From assembly GCF_036365525.1 (NCBI RefSeq), contig NC_090399.1, forward strand, positions 62,738,862 to 62,802,861: DNA of 64,000 nt, read 5' to 3'. The notes beneath the pieces were generated by a model. It had not been told where the DNA came from, ran no database searches, and saw only the letters and a program-made list of their open reading frames with translations. Positions 38,101-52,600 of this stretch are shown piece after piece (position 1 is the stretch's first letter; each line of letters starts with the position of its first letter). Source of the DNA: Heterodontus francisci. Its lineage: Eukaryota. Position numbers and translations under genes: made by a program.

Positions 38101-41100
38101 ATTAACAGCTATGCAGTGGAAGAATGTATTATCAGGATGCCTGTAGCCAACTCCCATTAAAATTCTTATCACAGTCTCCATTGATTGCTTTCACTTACCT
38201 CGATCCTCTCTTGTTAATGTTGTAACAATCTGGGACAAACTTAATGTCAGGTGGAAAAACATGGGTTAATAAATTGAAAGCGAGCACAGAATTGTCAAAG
38301 GCAAACTTGTCAAACTTGATCAAGTTCTCTGATGAATAGACGGACAGTGTTGATGAGGGTAGTGTGCTGTATGTTGTGTATATGGGCTTTCAGAAGGCAT
38401 TTGATAAAGTGCCACAAAATAGACTTACTAGTAAAATTGAAGCCAATGGGATTAGAGGGACAGTGTCAGAGTGGATATGGAATTGGATCAGGGACAGAAA
38501 TCAGAGAGGAATGGTGAATGATTATTTTTCAGACTGGAAGGAAGTAGAAAGTGAAGGATTGGTATGAGGATCACATCTCTTTTTGATATATATTAATGAT
38601 CTGGACTTGGGTATAAGGGCATAAATTCAAGGTGTGCAATGACACAAAACTCAGAAATGCAGTAACCAATGAAGAGGATTAGAACAGATTTCAGGAGGAC
38701 ATAGACAGACTGGTGAAATGGGCAGACATGTGACAAATGCAGTTTAATGCAGAGAAGTGTTAGGTGATTGATTTTGGAAGGCAGAATGAGGAGAGGTGAT
38801 TCTAAACAGTCACTGTTCCTCTTACCCCAGTCTAGGATCTCCATTCCTTCTTTTTCGCTTTGCTCATATTGACAGGAATAGTTGGCACCATTCTCAGGTG
38901 CGATCTGAACCCATCTCCTGAGCTGGTAGGTGCCATCGTGGTTGGGTAGGATGCCAGTGGAACATGTGTCTGCAATCGGTGCGCCATTTCTCAAGAGGGT
39001 GACTTCGATATCGCGAGGGTAAAATCCTGTGACGAGGCAGCAGAGTTGTGTCGGTTTAGCAGCTGATGCCTTGTCCGCGGAAAGAAACACTTGAGGAGCA
39101 ACTGAGAGTAAAACAGATCAGAGGCAGGTCAGTGTAAGAGACAGGGAATGGTAAATATCCCTTTAAATTGGGGATTAGACCCCTGACCCCAGGGAAAGGT
39201 ACATACCCCTTTAAACTGGGGTTTAGACACCCTGACTCCAGGTAACAGTACGTACCCCTTTAAACTGGGGTTTAGACCACCAACTCTCAGTCACCTCTTC
39301 TGACTCACCGACTCTCAGTCCCCCCTTTACTCACCAACACTCAGTCCCTTCCCCCTCAATCACCGACTCTCAGTCTCTCCTCCCTCGCTCACCGACTCTC
39401 AGTCCCCCCTCACTCACCAACTCTCAGTCCCCCCTCACTCAGAGTCTCAGACCCCCTCACTCAGAGTCTCAGTCCCCCCTCACTCAGAGTCTCAGTCCCC
39501 CCCTCACTCGCTGAGTCTCAGTCCCACCTTACTCGCTGACTTTCAGTCCCCCCTCACTCGCTGACTCTCAGTCCCCCCCCCTCACTAACTGACTCTCAGA
39601 CCCCCCTCACTCACTGACTCTCAGTCCCACCTCATTCACTGACTCTCCCCCCTCCCCCCACCCCCACCCACTCACTCACCGTGTCTCAGTTCCTTTTCTC
39701 CAAGTTTCAGGTACTTCTTCAGCCATTCGATGCAGGTCCCCTCCAGGTAACCCTTCCTCTGCTGGTTCCTGGCCTTGTCCTGGTCCCACTTGTTCTTGGT
39801 AATCAGTCCCCAGCTTACCGGTGTTACCCACACCATGTTATCCTTATCAAAGCTGATGTAATCCCGCCCGTCCCAGCCTTCCTGATGGAACCCGCTGGTG
39901 CTCCCGTCATCCTGCAGCTCACAGCCATACATCACCTGTACTGTGTGGATCCCTGTCAATCAAACACACATAGCCAATCAGAGCCAAATAACAGAGAGCC
40001 AACAGTTCTGACTGCCTTCCACAACTGTCAGTGAAACACACACAGCCAAACAGATCCAGGAGCAGAGTGAAGGGGAGGTGGGGGAAAGCCGGGAATGATT
40101 GGGAGTTGGTAAAGAGCTGGTCCTGTCTTTCAGCCCCACAACAAAGTGCATCACTCCACCCAATTCCCGGCTTCTGTTTACTATATAGTGGAGAGACCAT
40201 TACGGTTGGAGCGTATGAAACAAAAATTGTGTTTGGAAAATATGTTTGAGATTTTTGAAGAAGTAACTGATAAGATGAATAAGGAGTACCAATGGATGTA
40301 GTGTATTTGAATTTTCAAAAAGCATTCAATGAGGTGCCATCCAAGAGCTTTTTTCCACTAAATTAGGACTCAAGGCTTTGAGGATTAGTTAAAGGACAGA
40401 AAACAGAGAGTAGGAATAAACGGGTCATCTCCGGGATGGCAGGCTGTAATGAGTTGGGTACCACAGGGATCAGTACTTGGGTCTCAGCTATTTAGGCCCA
40501 AGACACAAAAAGTTCCACAGAGGGATAGGGCAGGTTGAGTGAGTAGGCAAGAACATGTCAGATGAAATACAATGTGGTAGGGTGGCCATTTGGTCTGCAT
40601 CCATTACTTTGGAAATGTCCAGCCTCTCGTCTTCATTGGCTAATATCAGTGTCATTTAAAATCAGAATTCTATTGGTCCTGTGAGTACCCGCAAAGATCC
40701 TATTGGACCTAACCATGTGCCTGTCTTTTAGACGCCCGAACGCTATATCTGTTGCTTGTACTGTGATGAAAGTGGAGCCATTGTCTTCTTCATCAAAACG
40801 CTCAAGCAAAAGACATTGTTCAACGCAGTATGGTCAAAAGAAAGTGATTTCATAGCAAAAAAAAAATCAGGAAGGGAGAGGATCAAACACTCTGCATTTT
40901 GTACCAAGGTGATACCAATGTCAGCCACCAAGGAAAGGGAGATGTGGATCAACACATTTTGTTGGAAAAACACAAAGTGAGCACCCAATTTGCAAGTACA
41001 TCATCATTGAGGTCTTTTTTTCAAATCATCTGCATCACCTCAAAACAATAAAGTAACTGCTGCTGAACTACAAATGTCTGCCACGCGGTGAAGAATCACC

Positions 41101-44100
41101 AGTCTTATAGAAATATCGACTGCAGTACAAGGTGACAAAGAAATCTCCTTCATACCAAGAGACCTGACATGTGGGGAAACAAAGGCAAAAACACTGAGCG
41201 AGAAGCTTCATGCAGAAGTACTTGGATTGCATTAAAGCAGATGATCTTTTTATTTTCTTTGGCAATTGATGCGTCAAACAAGGGTGAAACAAAATGTTTC
41301 CCCTTCGTTTGGGATATTTTAATTTCGAGAAGGGGATCCCGCATTTACTGTTGGATTTTTATACTGATAGCCAGGAAACCTGGGAAGCAATCGCAACAGA
41401 AAAATGATCCAAACTCAGTGCCTTTGATCTCATCCCATGAAGACTTTCCGTGTATTTGGCTGACAACACAAGTGTTAATTCTGAAAAGCACAACAGTATT
41501 TACCAAGAAGTAAAAGGCTCTCAAACGGACATAGTTGCAGCCAACTGTTTGGCTCATATTTTGCATAATACAACAAGGTACATCATCTGAAACCTCGCTG
41601 TTGATACAAAAAACCATCATTCTCAAGGTATACGGTCACTTCCACACTTCTGCAATCAGAACAGAGCATTTAAGGGAGTTTTGTGACTTTGTTGGCGTGG
41701 AGGAGTGCAATCTGTTGAAGCACGTTGTGATCAGGTGGCTTTTTCTACTGCTGGCTATTGACAGATTGTGGAAATGCTGGAAAACTCGAACAAGATCATT
41801 TCAGAGTTTAGGTGAGCAAGAATGCCCCAAAATACGATGGAAATGCTTCAGGGATGAGGAGGTTGCTAATGACGTGGCTGAGCTTTACTTTCTCTTTCTC
41901 AGCATTGCTCAAACTATTCACTTTATCAAAGCTTTAGAGGTCAAGTCGTTCAGCATCCTCTTGGTGTATGAGCTGATTTAATTAAATTAAATCAATCAGA
42001 TTAGAGAACATAGGAAATTGGAGCAAGAGTAGGCCATTCAGCCCCGTGAGCCTACTCCACCATTTAACTAGATCATGGCTGATTTTCTACCCTAAGGGCA
42101 TCCTCCTGCACTATCCCCATATTCATTGATATCTTCAATATCTAGAGAACTATCAGTCTCTCTCTTGAACACACTCAATGACTGAGCCTCCACAGCCCGC
42201 TGGGTTAGAGAATTCCTAAGATTTACTACCCTCTGAGTGAAGAAATTCATCCTCATCTCAGTCCTAAATGGCCTAATCCTTAATCTGAGACTGTGGCCGC
42301 TGGTTCGAGACTCCCCAGCCAGGGGAAACCTCCATCCTGCATCAACCTTGTCGAGACTTCGAAGAATTTTGTATGCTTCAGAGATCATTCTTCCAAACTC
42401 TAGTGCATCGAGGCCCAGTCTCCTCAATCTCTCCTCATAGGACAATCCCACCATCCCAGGAATCAGTTTAGTGAACCTTTGTTGCACTCCTTCGATGGCA
42501 AGTATATCCTTCCAGAGGCAAGGAGACCAAAACTATACTCGACACTCCAGGTACGGTCTCACCAAGGCTCTATAAAATTGCAGCAAGACATCTTTACTCC
42601 TGTACTCAAATCCTCTTGCAATATAGGCCAACATACCATTTGCCTTCCTAATTGCTTGCTGCACCGATAGTCATAGAGTTATACAGCACAGAAATAGGCC
42701 CTTTGGCCCATCGTGTTCGTACTGGCCATCAAGCACCTAACTATTCTAATCCCATTTTCCAGCACTTGGCCCATCGCCTTGTATACTGTGGCGTTTTTTT
42801 TTAAACACCTGCATGTTACTTTTTAGTGACTGATGAACAAGGAGACCCAGGTCCCTTTGGACATCAACACTTCCCATTCTCTCACCATTTAAGAAATACT
42901 CTGCATTTCTGTTTTTCCTACCAAAGTGGATCCACATTATATTCCACCTGTCATGTTCTTGTCCATTCACTTAGCCTATCTAAATCCCCTTGAAGCCTCT
43001 TTGTATGCTCCTCACAACTCACATTGCCTCCTAGTTTTGTGTCATCAGCATAATTGGAAATATTACATTTGGTCCCTATATCCAAATCATTGATATAGAT
43101 TGTGAATAGCTGGGATCCAAGCACTGATTCCTGCCATACACCACTAGTCACAGCCTGCCAACCTGAAAATGGCCCATTTATTCCTACTCCATGTTTTCTG
43201 GTCATTAACCAATTCTCAGTCCATGCCAGTATATTACCCCCAATCCCATGTGCTCTAATTTTGCTTACTTACTCTTGTGTGGGACCTTATCGAATGCCTT
43301 CTGACAATCCAAATACACCACATCCTCCGGTTCCGCCTCATCTATCCTGCTAATTACATCCTCAAAATATTCCAACAGGTTTGTCAAACATAATTTTCCT
43401 TTCATAAATCCATGGTGACTCTGCCCAATCCTACCATTATTTTCTAAGTGACCAGTTATCACATCCTTTATAATAGATTCTAGCATTTCCCCTACTAATG
43501 TCGGGCTAACATGTCTGTAGTTACCTATTTTCTCTCTCCCTCCTTTCTTAAATAGTGAGGTTACTTTTTCTACCTTCGATATGATAACTACAATTACACA
43601 GGGTATAGTTGAGGTCACACCTGGAATATTGTGTGCAGTTTAAGGAAAGAACGTACTTGCCCGAGATGGAGTATAACAAAGGTTCTCTAGACTGATTCCA
43701 GTTAATTGGCCTATAAGAAGAAATTGAGTATGGTAGACCTATATTCCCTGGAATTTAGAAGAATGGGAAGTGATCTAATTGGAATATACAAGATTCTGAA
43801 GGGGCTTGACAGAGTAGACACTGAGAGGTTGATTCCCCTGTTCGGGGAATCTAGAATACGGGGTCACAGTCTCAGAATAAGGAGTTGGTCATTGTAGATT
43901 GAGTTGAAAAAAAAATGTCTTCATGCAGAAGGTTGTGAATCTTTGGAATTCTCCACCCTAAAGAACTGTGGATGCTCACTCATTGAGTAGATTCAAGACA
44001 AAGGTTGATAGATTTTTGGGTGCAAAGGGAATGAAGGGAGGGGAGGACGGTGCAGGAAGGTGGAATTGAGATAGAAGATCAGCCATGATCTTTTAAATGT

Positions 44101-47100
44101 TGGAAAAGGCCAAATAGTCTATTCCTGCTCCTATTTCTTAAGTTCTTTTGAGACACAGCAGGGGTAGGGGAACAGAGAGAGATGAGTTGGGGGAGTAGAG
44201 AGACACAGGGGGCTGAAATTTATAGTCCTGTCACCATAATCGGCGGTGGGCGAAAGCAGGGCGGGCTGCACATTGCACAGCCCCCGCGATATTAAGTGCG
44301 GCGGCTCATTTAAATAGCCGATTCGGACCGCCCACCACGATGACATGGAGAGGGCGGCTGTCCGTCCCCGGCAACAGCGTCAGCTACCTTTGTGCAGGCG
44401 CTGAGGCCATTTTTAAAGGGCTTCCAACCCGAGATTTCAATTTAAATATTTAAAGAGCGATTGATTTTTAAAAATTAAATAAATTGATCTTGCCCCTCTC
44501 CCACCAACCCCCCCAATAACCATCGATTAAATTACCAGCCCTCTCCCCCTACAAAACAGTTACCTTGCGCACCTGACCTTCCCCCCACAATGTGCATCAA
44601 CTTTACACTTCACCCCTTCCCCCCCATCCCCTGCACCAATGAGATAACTGTGACCCAACTCCCTCCTCTCCACACAGAGAAACACACCTGCTCCGCCCTC
44701 TCCACCAGTGGTCCGCCTTTAATCCCTGGACGGGGATCCGAAGGTGTGGGATTGCCGGCCACTGACACAAATATCACACCAGGACAGACGGCGGGAGTGT
44801 AAAGGGAATTTCTTTGTTTATTTAAATTAATTTATGTATTTAAATTGGGCTCCCGACGCCAAGCGGTGGGAGTGCCGCCATGAGGCCTCGTCACCGCCGG
44901 CAATATCGGGCCGGGCCTTCCCGGCATCATGGTCTGTGGTGAGCCTGTCCCTCAGGCATTTTCCGGACTCCCCACACCACAACCCCTGATGTCAGGGGGT
45001 CTGTAAAATTCTCCCCAGGGGAACAGAAAGACATGAGGAGTGAAGAGAGAGAGAGAGAGAGAAACAGGGTGTGGGAAGAAGAGAAAAACTAGGGAGGGTG
45101 GGGGAACAGTTAGAAATGGGATGGGAAATAGATATGGAGGGGAATAGTGAGACACAGGAGCGGAATAGATCGAGAGACACAGGAGGGGAAAAGATAGAGA
45201 GACACAGGAGGGGAATAGATAGAGAGACACAGGAGGGGAAAAGAGAGACACAGGAGGGGAAAAGAGGGACATGGGGAGGGTTCAGAGAGAGACGGTGGGG
45301 GGGGGGGGGGGGTGTGCGTGGTGGGATAGTGACACGGGAGTTGAGAAAAACCAGGGGAGTTGGGGGAATAGAAACATACATAGAAACATAGAAAATTGGA
45401 GCAGGAGTAGGACATTCGGCCCTTCGAGCCTGCTCCACCATTCATTATGATCATAGCTGATCGCTGTGGTTAGCACCGCAGCCTCACAGCTCCAGCGACC
45501 TGGGTTCAATTCTGGGTACTGCCTGTGTGAAGTTTGCAAGTTCTCCCTGTGTCTGCGTGGGTTTTCTCCGGGTGCTCCGGTTTCCTCCCACAGCCAATAG
45601 ACTTGCAGGTTGATAGGTAAATTGGCCATTATAAATTGCCCCTAGTATAGGTAGGTGGTAGGGAAATATAGAGACAGGTGGGGGATGTAGTAGAAATATG
45701 TATAGGATTAGTATAAATGGTTGGTTAATGGTCGGCACAGACTCGGTGGGCCGAAGGGCCTGTTTCAGTGCTGTATATCTAAATCTAAATCTAAATCCAA
45801 CTCAGTAACCTGGTCCCGCTTTTGCCCCATACCCTTTGATCCCTTTAGACCCAAGAGCTATATCTAACTCCTTCTTGAAAACATACAATGTTTTGGCCTC
45901 AACTGCTTTCTGTGGTAGTGAATTCCACAGGCTCACCACTCTCTGGGTGAAGAAAGTTCTCCACATCTCAGTCCTGAAAGGTTCAAGTCCTGTTAGAATT
46001 TTATAGGTTTCTATGAGATTCTCCCTCACTCTTCTGAACTCCAGCGAATATAATCCTTAGCGACTTAATCTTTCCTCATACCTCAGTCCCGCCATCCCAG
46101 GAATCAGTCTGTTAAACCTTCGCTGCACTCCCTCTATAGCAAGAACATCCTTCCTCAGATAAGGAGACCAAAACTGCTCACAATATTTCAGGTGTGGCCT
46201 CACCAAGGCCCTGTATAATTGCAGCAAGACATCCCTGCTTCTGTACTCGAATCCTCTCACTATGAAGGCATGGAGTGTCAAATAGATATGTGGGGGGAAT
46301 AGAGAGATATGGGAGGGAGGAATAGAGAGACATGGGGGTAGAATAAAGACAGATGGAGGAATAGAGAGACATGGGAGGGGATATAGAGAGTTACTGGGGT
46401 GAAAATAGAGCAGCAAAGGGGTGAAATACAGAGACACGGGGGGCATAGAGAGAGAGAGAGACGGATGGGTGTATAGAGAAACATTGTGGGGGAGGCAGTT
46501 GAGAGACTGGGGTCTAATAGAAAGACACCGTAGTGGAACAGTGAGACTTAGAGGGAATAGAGAGACATGATGGGGTTTGGGGGGCGGGGGGGGGGGAGGG
46601 GTTGGGGGTTGGGAATAGAGAGACACTGGGGTGGAGTAGAGAGGCACAGAGTGGTGTAGAGAGAGATGTGGGGGAGGAGGCAATTGAGAGATGGGGGTCC
46701 AATAGGGAGACACCTTGGTGGAAAAGAGAGACTTGGAGGGGAATAGAGAGAGATGGGGGAATAGAGAGACACGGAGAGAGGAATAGAGAGACAGGGTGGT
46801 GGAATAGACAAATATGGGAGGGGGAAATAGACACAACGGTGGGGAATAGAGAGACACGGTGAGGCTTGAATTTAGGAATATGAGACGGTAAATAGACATG
46901 AGGAAAATGTAGAGAGAAACAGTGGTGCGGGAATAGAGAGCATTGTGGGAGGGCAAGGTCTCACCACCCGTCTGGTTGGTCCGGTTTAAGGCGGTCTGAA
47001 TATTGGTCTGTCCAATGTGCTCTGAGCTCCGCAGGATCTGTGTCTGCTGTTCCCAGTACTCAGGGCCCTGACTCTCCGCCATCCACTGCTGCCGAGAGAT

Positions 47101-49454
47101 TACTTCCTGAAGATTGCTGTCGTAGTAATCAATCGTAGCATCGTCCACATAACCGACGGCCACAAACTCTGGCAGACCAGGAATCGGGGTCATTGCCATG
47201 TAGAAATACCGGAGAGAGTGAGATCCTGAAACACAGAAAGACATCAGGCATGAACCCCAAAACACCAACCCAACAGAGAGAAAGAGAGAGAGACATCAGG
47301 GCATGAACACTAAAACATCAACCCCACAGAGAGAGAGAGAGAGAGAGACATCAGGGCATCAACCCCAAATCACCAACCCCACAGAGCGAGTGAGACATCA
47401 GAGCATGAACCCCAAAACACAAACCCAACAGAGAGAGAGAGAGAGAGACATCAGGGCATGAACACTAAAACATCAACACCACAGAGAGAGACATCAGGGC
47501 ATGAACCCCAAATCATCAACCCCACAGAGAGAGAGAGAGAGACATCAGGGCATGAACCCCAAAACACCAACCTCACAGAGAGAGACATCAGGGCATGAAC
47601 CCCAAATCATCAACCCCACAGAGAGAGAGAGAGAGACATCAGGGCATGAACCCCAAAACATCAACACCACAGAGAGAGAGAGAGAGAGAGACATCAGGGC
47701 ATCAACCTCAAAACATCAACCCCACAGAGATAGAAAGACATCAGGGCATCAACGCTAAAACACCAACCGCACAGAGAGAGAGATCAGGGCATGAACCCCA
47801 AAACACCAACCTCACAGAGAGAGACATCAGGGCATGAACCCCAAATCATCAACCCCACAGAGAGAGAGAGAGAGACATCAGGGCATGAACCCCAAATCAT
47901 CAACCCCACAGAGAGAGAGAGAGAGACATCAGGGCATCAACCTCAAAACATCAACCCCACAGAGAGAGAGAGAGACAACAGGGCATGAACCCCAAAACAT
48001 CAACCCCACACAGAGAGAGACATCAGGGCATGAACCCTAAAACATCAACCCCACAGAGAGAGAGACATCAGGGCATGAACCCCAAATCAACAACCCCACA
48101 GAGAGAGAGACATCAGGGCATGAACCCCAAAACATCAACCTCACAGAGAGAGAGAGACATCAGGGCATGAACCCCAAATCAACAACCCCACAGAGAGAGA
48201 GACATCAGGGCATGAACCCCAGAACATCAACCTCACAGAGAGAGAGAGACATCAGGGCATGAACCCCAAATCAACAACCCCACAGAGAGAGAGACATCAG
48301 GGCATGAACCCCAAAACATCAACCTCACAGAGAGAGAAAGACATCAGGGCATGAACCCCAAAATACCAACCCCACAAAGAGAGAGAGAGAAAGACATCAG
48401 GGCATGAACCCCAAAATACCAACCCCACAGAGAAAGAGAGACATCAGGGCATGAACCCCAAATCACCAACCCCACAGAGAAAGAGAGACATCAGGGCATG
48501 AACCCCAAAACATCAACCCCACAGAGAGAGAGACATCAGGGCATGAACCCCAAAACACCAACCCCACAGAGAGAGACATCAGGGCCTGAACCCCAAAACA
48601 TCAACCCCACAGAGAAAGAGAGACATCAGGGCATGAACCCCAAAACATCAACCCCACAGAGAGAGAGAGAGAGAGAGAGACATCAGGGCATGAACCCCAA
48701 AACACCAACCCCAGAGAGAGAGAGAGAGACATCAGGGCATGAACCCTAAAACACCAACCCCAGAGAGAGAGAGAGACATCAGGGCATGAACACTAAAACA
48801 CCAACCCCACAGAGAGAGAGAGAGACATCAGGGCATGAACCCCAAAGCAACAACTCCACAGAGAGAGAGAGAGACATCAGGGCATGAACCCCAAAGCAAC
48901 AACCCCACAGAGAGAGAGAGGGAGAGAGAGAGAGAGATCAGGGCATGAACCCCAAAACATCAACCCCACAGAGAGAGAAAGACATCAGGGCATGAACCCC
49001 AAAACACCAACCCCACAAAGAGAGAGAGAGAAAGACATCAGGGCATGAACCCCAAAATACCAACCCCACAGAGAAAGAGAGACATCAGGGCATGAACCCC
49101 AAATCACCAACCCCACAGAGAGAGAGAGACATCAGGGCATGAACCCCAAAACATCAACCCCACAGAGAGAGAGACATCAGGGCATGAACCCCAAAACATC
49201 AACCCCACAGAGAGAGAGAGAGACATCAGGGCATGAACCCCAAAACATCAACCCCGCAGAGAGAGAGAGAGAGAGACATCAGGGCATGAACCCCAAATCA
49301 CCAACCCCACAGAGAGAGAGAGAGACATCAGGGCATGAACCCCAAAACAACAACCCCACAGAGAGAGAGAGACATCAGGGCACGAACCCCAAAACATCAA
49401 CCCCACAGAGAGAGAGAGAGAGACATCAGGGCATGAACCCCAAAACACCAACCC

Positions 49455-49491
<37 letters not shown>

Positions 49492-49570
49492 CAGGGCATA
49501 AACCCCAAAACATCAACCCCACAGAGAGAGACAGAGAGACATCAGGGCATGAACCCCAAAACACCAACCC

Positions 49571-49602
<32 letters not shown>

Positions 49603-52600
49603 CATCAGGGCATAAACCCCAAAACATCAATCCCACAGAGAGAGACAGAGAGACATCAGGGCATGAAGCCCAAAACACCAACCCCACAGAGAGAGAGATA
49701 GAGAGAGAGAGACATCAGGGCACGAACCCCAAAACATCAAGGCCACAGAGAGCGACAGAGGGACATCAGGAGATGAACCCCAAATCCTCAACTGCGCGCA
49801 CACACAGACACCCCATAACCCACAGATATCAGAGCATAAAGCCTAAAACAGCAATGCCATACATATATAGAGAGTGACATCAGGGCAAGAAGCCCAAACA
49901 CAAAACCCACAGTGACAGTATATGAACCCAAAGATGCATACAAGCAACACAAAATAGAGCCCATATGAATAAACACCAACACAACACAGAGCCCCTGTAA
50001 ATAAACCCCAACACAACACAGAGTCCCTGGAAATAAACACCGACACAACACAACATAGAGCCCCTGTAAATAAACCCCAACACAACACAGAGCCCCTGGA
50101 AATAAACACCGACACAACACAACATAGAGCCCCTGTAAATAAACACCAACACAACACAGAGCCCCTGGAAATAAACACCAACACAACACAGAGCCCCTAT
50201 AAATAAACACCAACACAACACAGAGCCCCTGGAAATAAACACCAACACAACACAGAGCCCCTGTAAATAAACACCAACACAACACAGAGCCCCTGTAAAT
50301 AAACCCCAATAAAACACAGAGCCCCTATAAATAAACCCCAACATAACACAGAGCCCCTGGAAATTAACATCAATACAACACAGAGCCCCTGTAAATAAAC
50401 ACCAACACAACACAGAGCCCCTGTAAATAAATCCCAATAAAACACAGAGCCCCTATAAATAAACACCAACACAAAACAGAGCCCCTGGAAATAAACCCCA
50501 ACACAACATAGAGGCCCTGTAAATAAACCCCAACACAACACAGAGCCCCTATAAATAAACCCCAGCACAACACAGAGCCCCTATAAATAAACCCCAACAT
50601 AACACAGAGCCCCTGGAAATTAACACCAATACAACACAGAGCCCCTGTAAATAAACACCAACACAACACAGAGCCCCTGTAAATAAACACAACACAACAC
50701 AGAGCCCCTGTAAATAAACACAACACAACACAGAGCCCCTGTAAATAAACACCAACACAACACAGAGCCCCTGTAAATAAACCCCAGCACAACACAGAGC
50801 CCCTATAAATAAACACCAACACAACACAGAGCCCCTGGAAATAAACCCCAGCACAACACAGAGCCCCTGTAAATAAACCCCAATAAAACACAGAGCCCCT
50901 ATAAATAAATCCCAACACAACACAGAGCCCCTATAAATAAACCCCAGCTCAACACAGAGCCCCTGGAAATAAACACAACACAACACAGAGCCCCTGTAAA
51001 TAAACACCAACACAAAACAGAGCCACTGGAAATAAACACCAACACAAAACAGAGCCCCTGGAAATAAACCCCAACACAACACAGAGCCCCTGGAAATAAA
51101 CACCAACACAACACAGAGCCCCTGGAAATGAACACCAACACAACACAGAGCCCCTATAAATAAACACCAACACAACACAGAGCCCCTGGAAATGAACACC
51201 AACACAACACAGAGCCCCTGTAAATAAACCCCAGCACAACACAGAGCCCCTGTAAATAAACCCCAACACAACACAGAGCCTCTATAAATAAATCCCAACA
51301 CAATACAGAGCCCCTGTAAATAAACACCAACATAACAAAGAGCCCCAGGAAATAAACACCAACACAACACACAGCCCCTGGAAATAAACCCCAACACAAC
51401 ATAGAGCCCCTATAAATAAACCCCAGCACAACACAGAGCCCCTATAAATAAACCCCAACATAACACAGAGCCCCTGGAAATAAACACCAACACAACACAG
51501 AGCCCCTGGAAATGAACACCAACACAACACAGAGCCCCTATAAATAAACACCAACACAACACAGAGCCCCTGGAAATGAACACCAACACAACACAGAGCC
51601 CCTATAAATAAACACTAACACAACACAGAGCCCCTGTAAATAAACACCAACACAACACATGGTCCCTGTAACTAAACACCAACACAACACAGAGCCCCTG
51701 GAAATGAACACCAACACAACACAGAGCCCCTATAAATAAACCCCAACACAACACAGAGCCCCTGTAAATAAACACCAACACAACACATGGTCCCTGTAAC
51801 TAAACCTCAACACAACAGAGCATCCTGTAAATAAAACCCAACATAACTCAGAGCCTCTGTAAATAAACCAGTACACATCACAGAGGGCCTGTAAATAAAC
51901 CCCAACACAACACAACACAATACAGAGCCCCTGTTATCCATAGGGGTGGATTTATGCTCCAGCTGAACAGAGCTTTGGCTAGAGCACATCTGGAGAGCTG
52001 TGTTTAGTTCTGAACACTGCACCTCTGGAATGATCTATTGGGCTTGGAGTGGGTACAGGGCAGATTGATTGGGTTCAGGACAAATTGCTTAGATTTGGCT
52101 CATATTCTCTCGAGTTTAGAAGATTAAAGGGTGAATTATTGAAGTGATTAAAATGTTACAAGAATTTGATAGAATAGATACAGCAAAACTACTTCCTGAT
52201 TGGGGGAATGACGAATATGGGGATATAGTCTTCACATTGGAGCTACGCCGTTCAGGGGTGATGTCAAGAAAGACTTCTTCACACAAAGGCCAGTGGAAAT
52301 TTGGAAATCGCTCGATCAAAAGGCTCTGGATGCTGGGGATCAATTGGAGTTTTCAAAATGAGAGATATTTGTTCACTAAGGGTATCAAGGGATAATGGAG
52401 CAAAGCTGGGAAACAACAAGAACTTGTATTTATATAGTGCCTGTGACATTACACAATATCCCAAAGTGCTTCACAGGGGCATTACAAAACAAAATATGAC
52501 AGAGGGCCACATAAGGAGATATTAGAACAGCGGATCAAAAGCTTGGTTAAAGAGGTAGGTTTTCAGGTGTGTCTTAAAGGAGGAAAGTGAGTTAGAGAGG

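Noticed and set aside
38593-38825. C-terminal extension of the alpha3 ORF as a secreted isoform tail
   Set aside because: It lies beyond a strong GTAAG donor and is antisense CR1 sequence; no evidence of use.
46057-47268. 403-aa ORF as a single protein
   Set aside because: Chimeric read-through of repeat, the alpha1 exon, a CT-rich intron and a CR1 fragment; only 46965-47225 is coding.
47501-51918. Many repetitive ORFs (MNPKTSTPQRER.., Cys/Val-rich hydrophobic ORFs)
   Set aside because: Translations of the intron 1 minisatellites.
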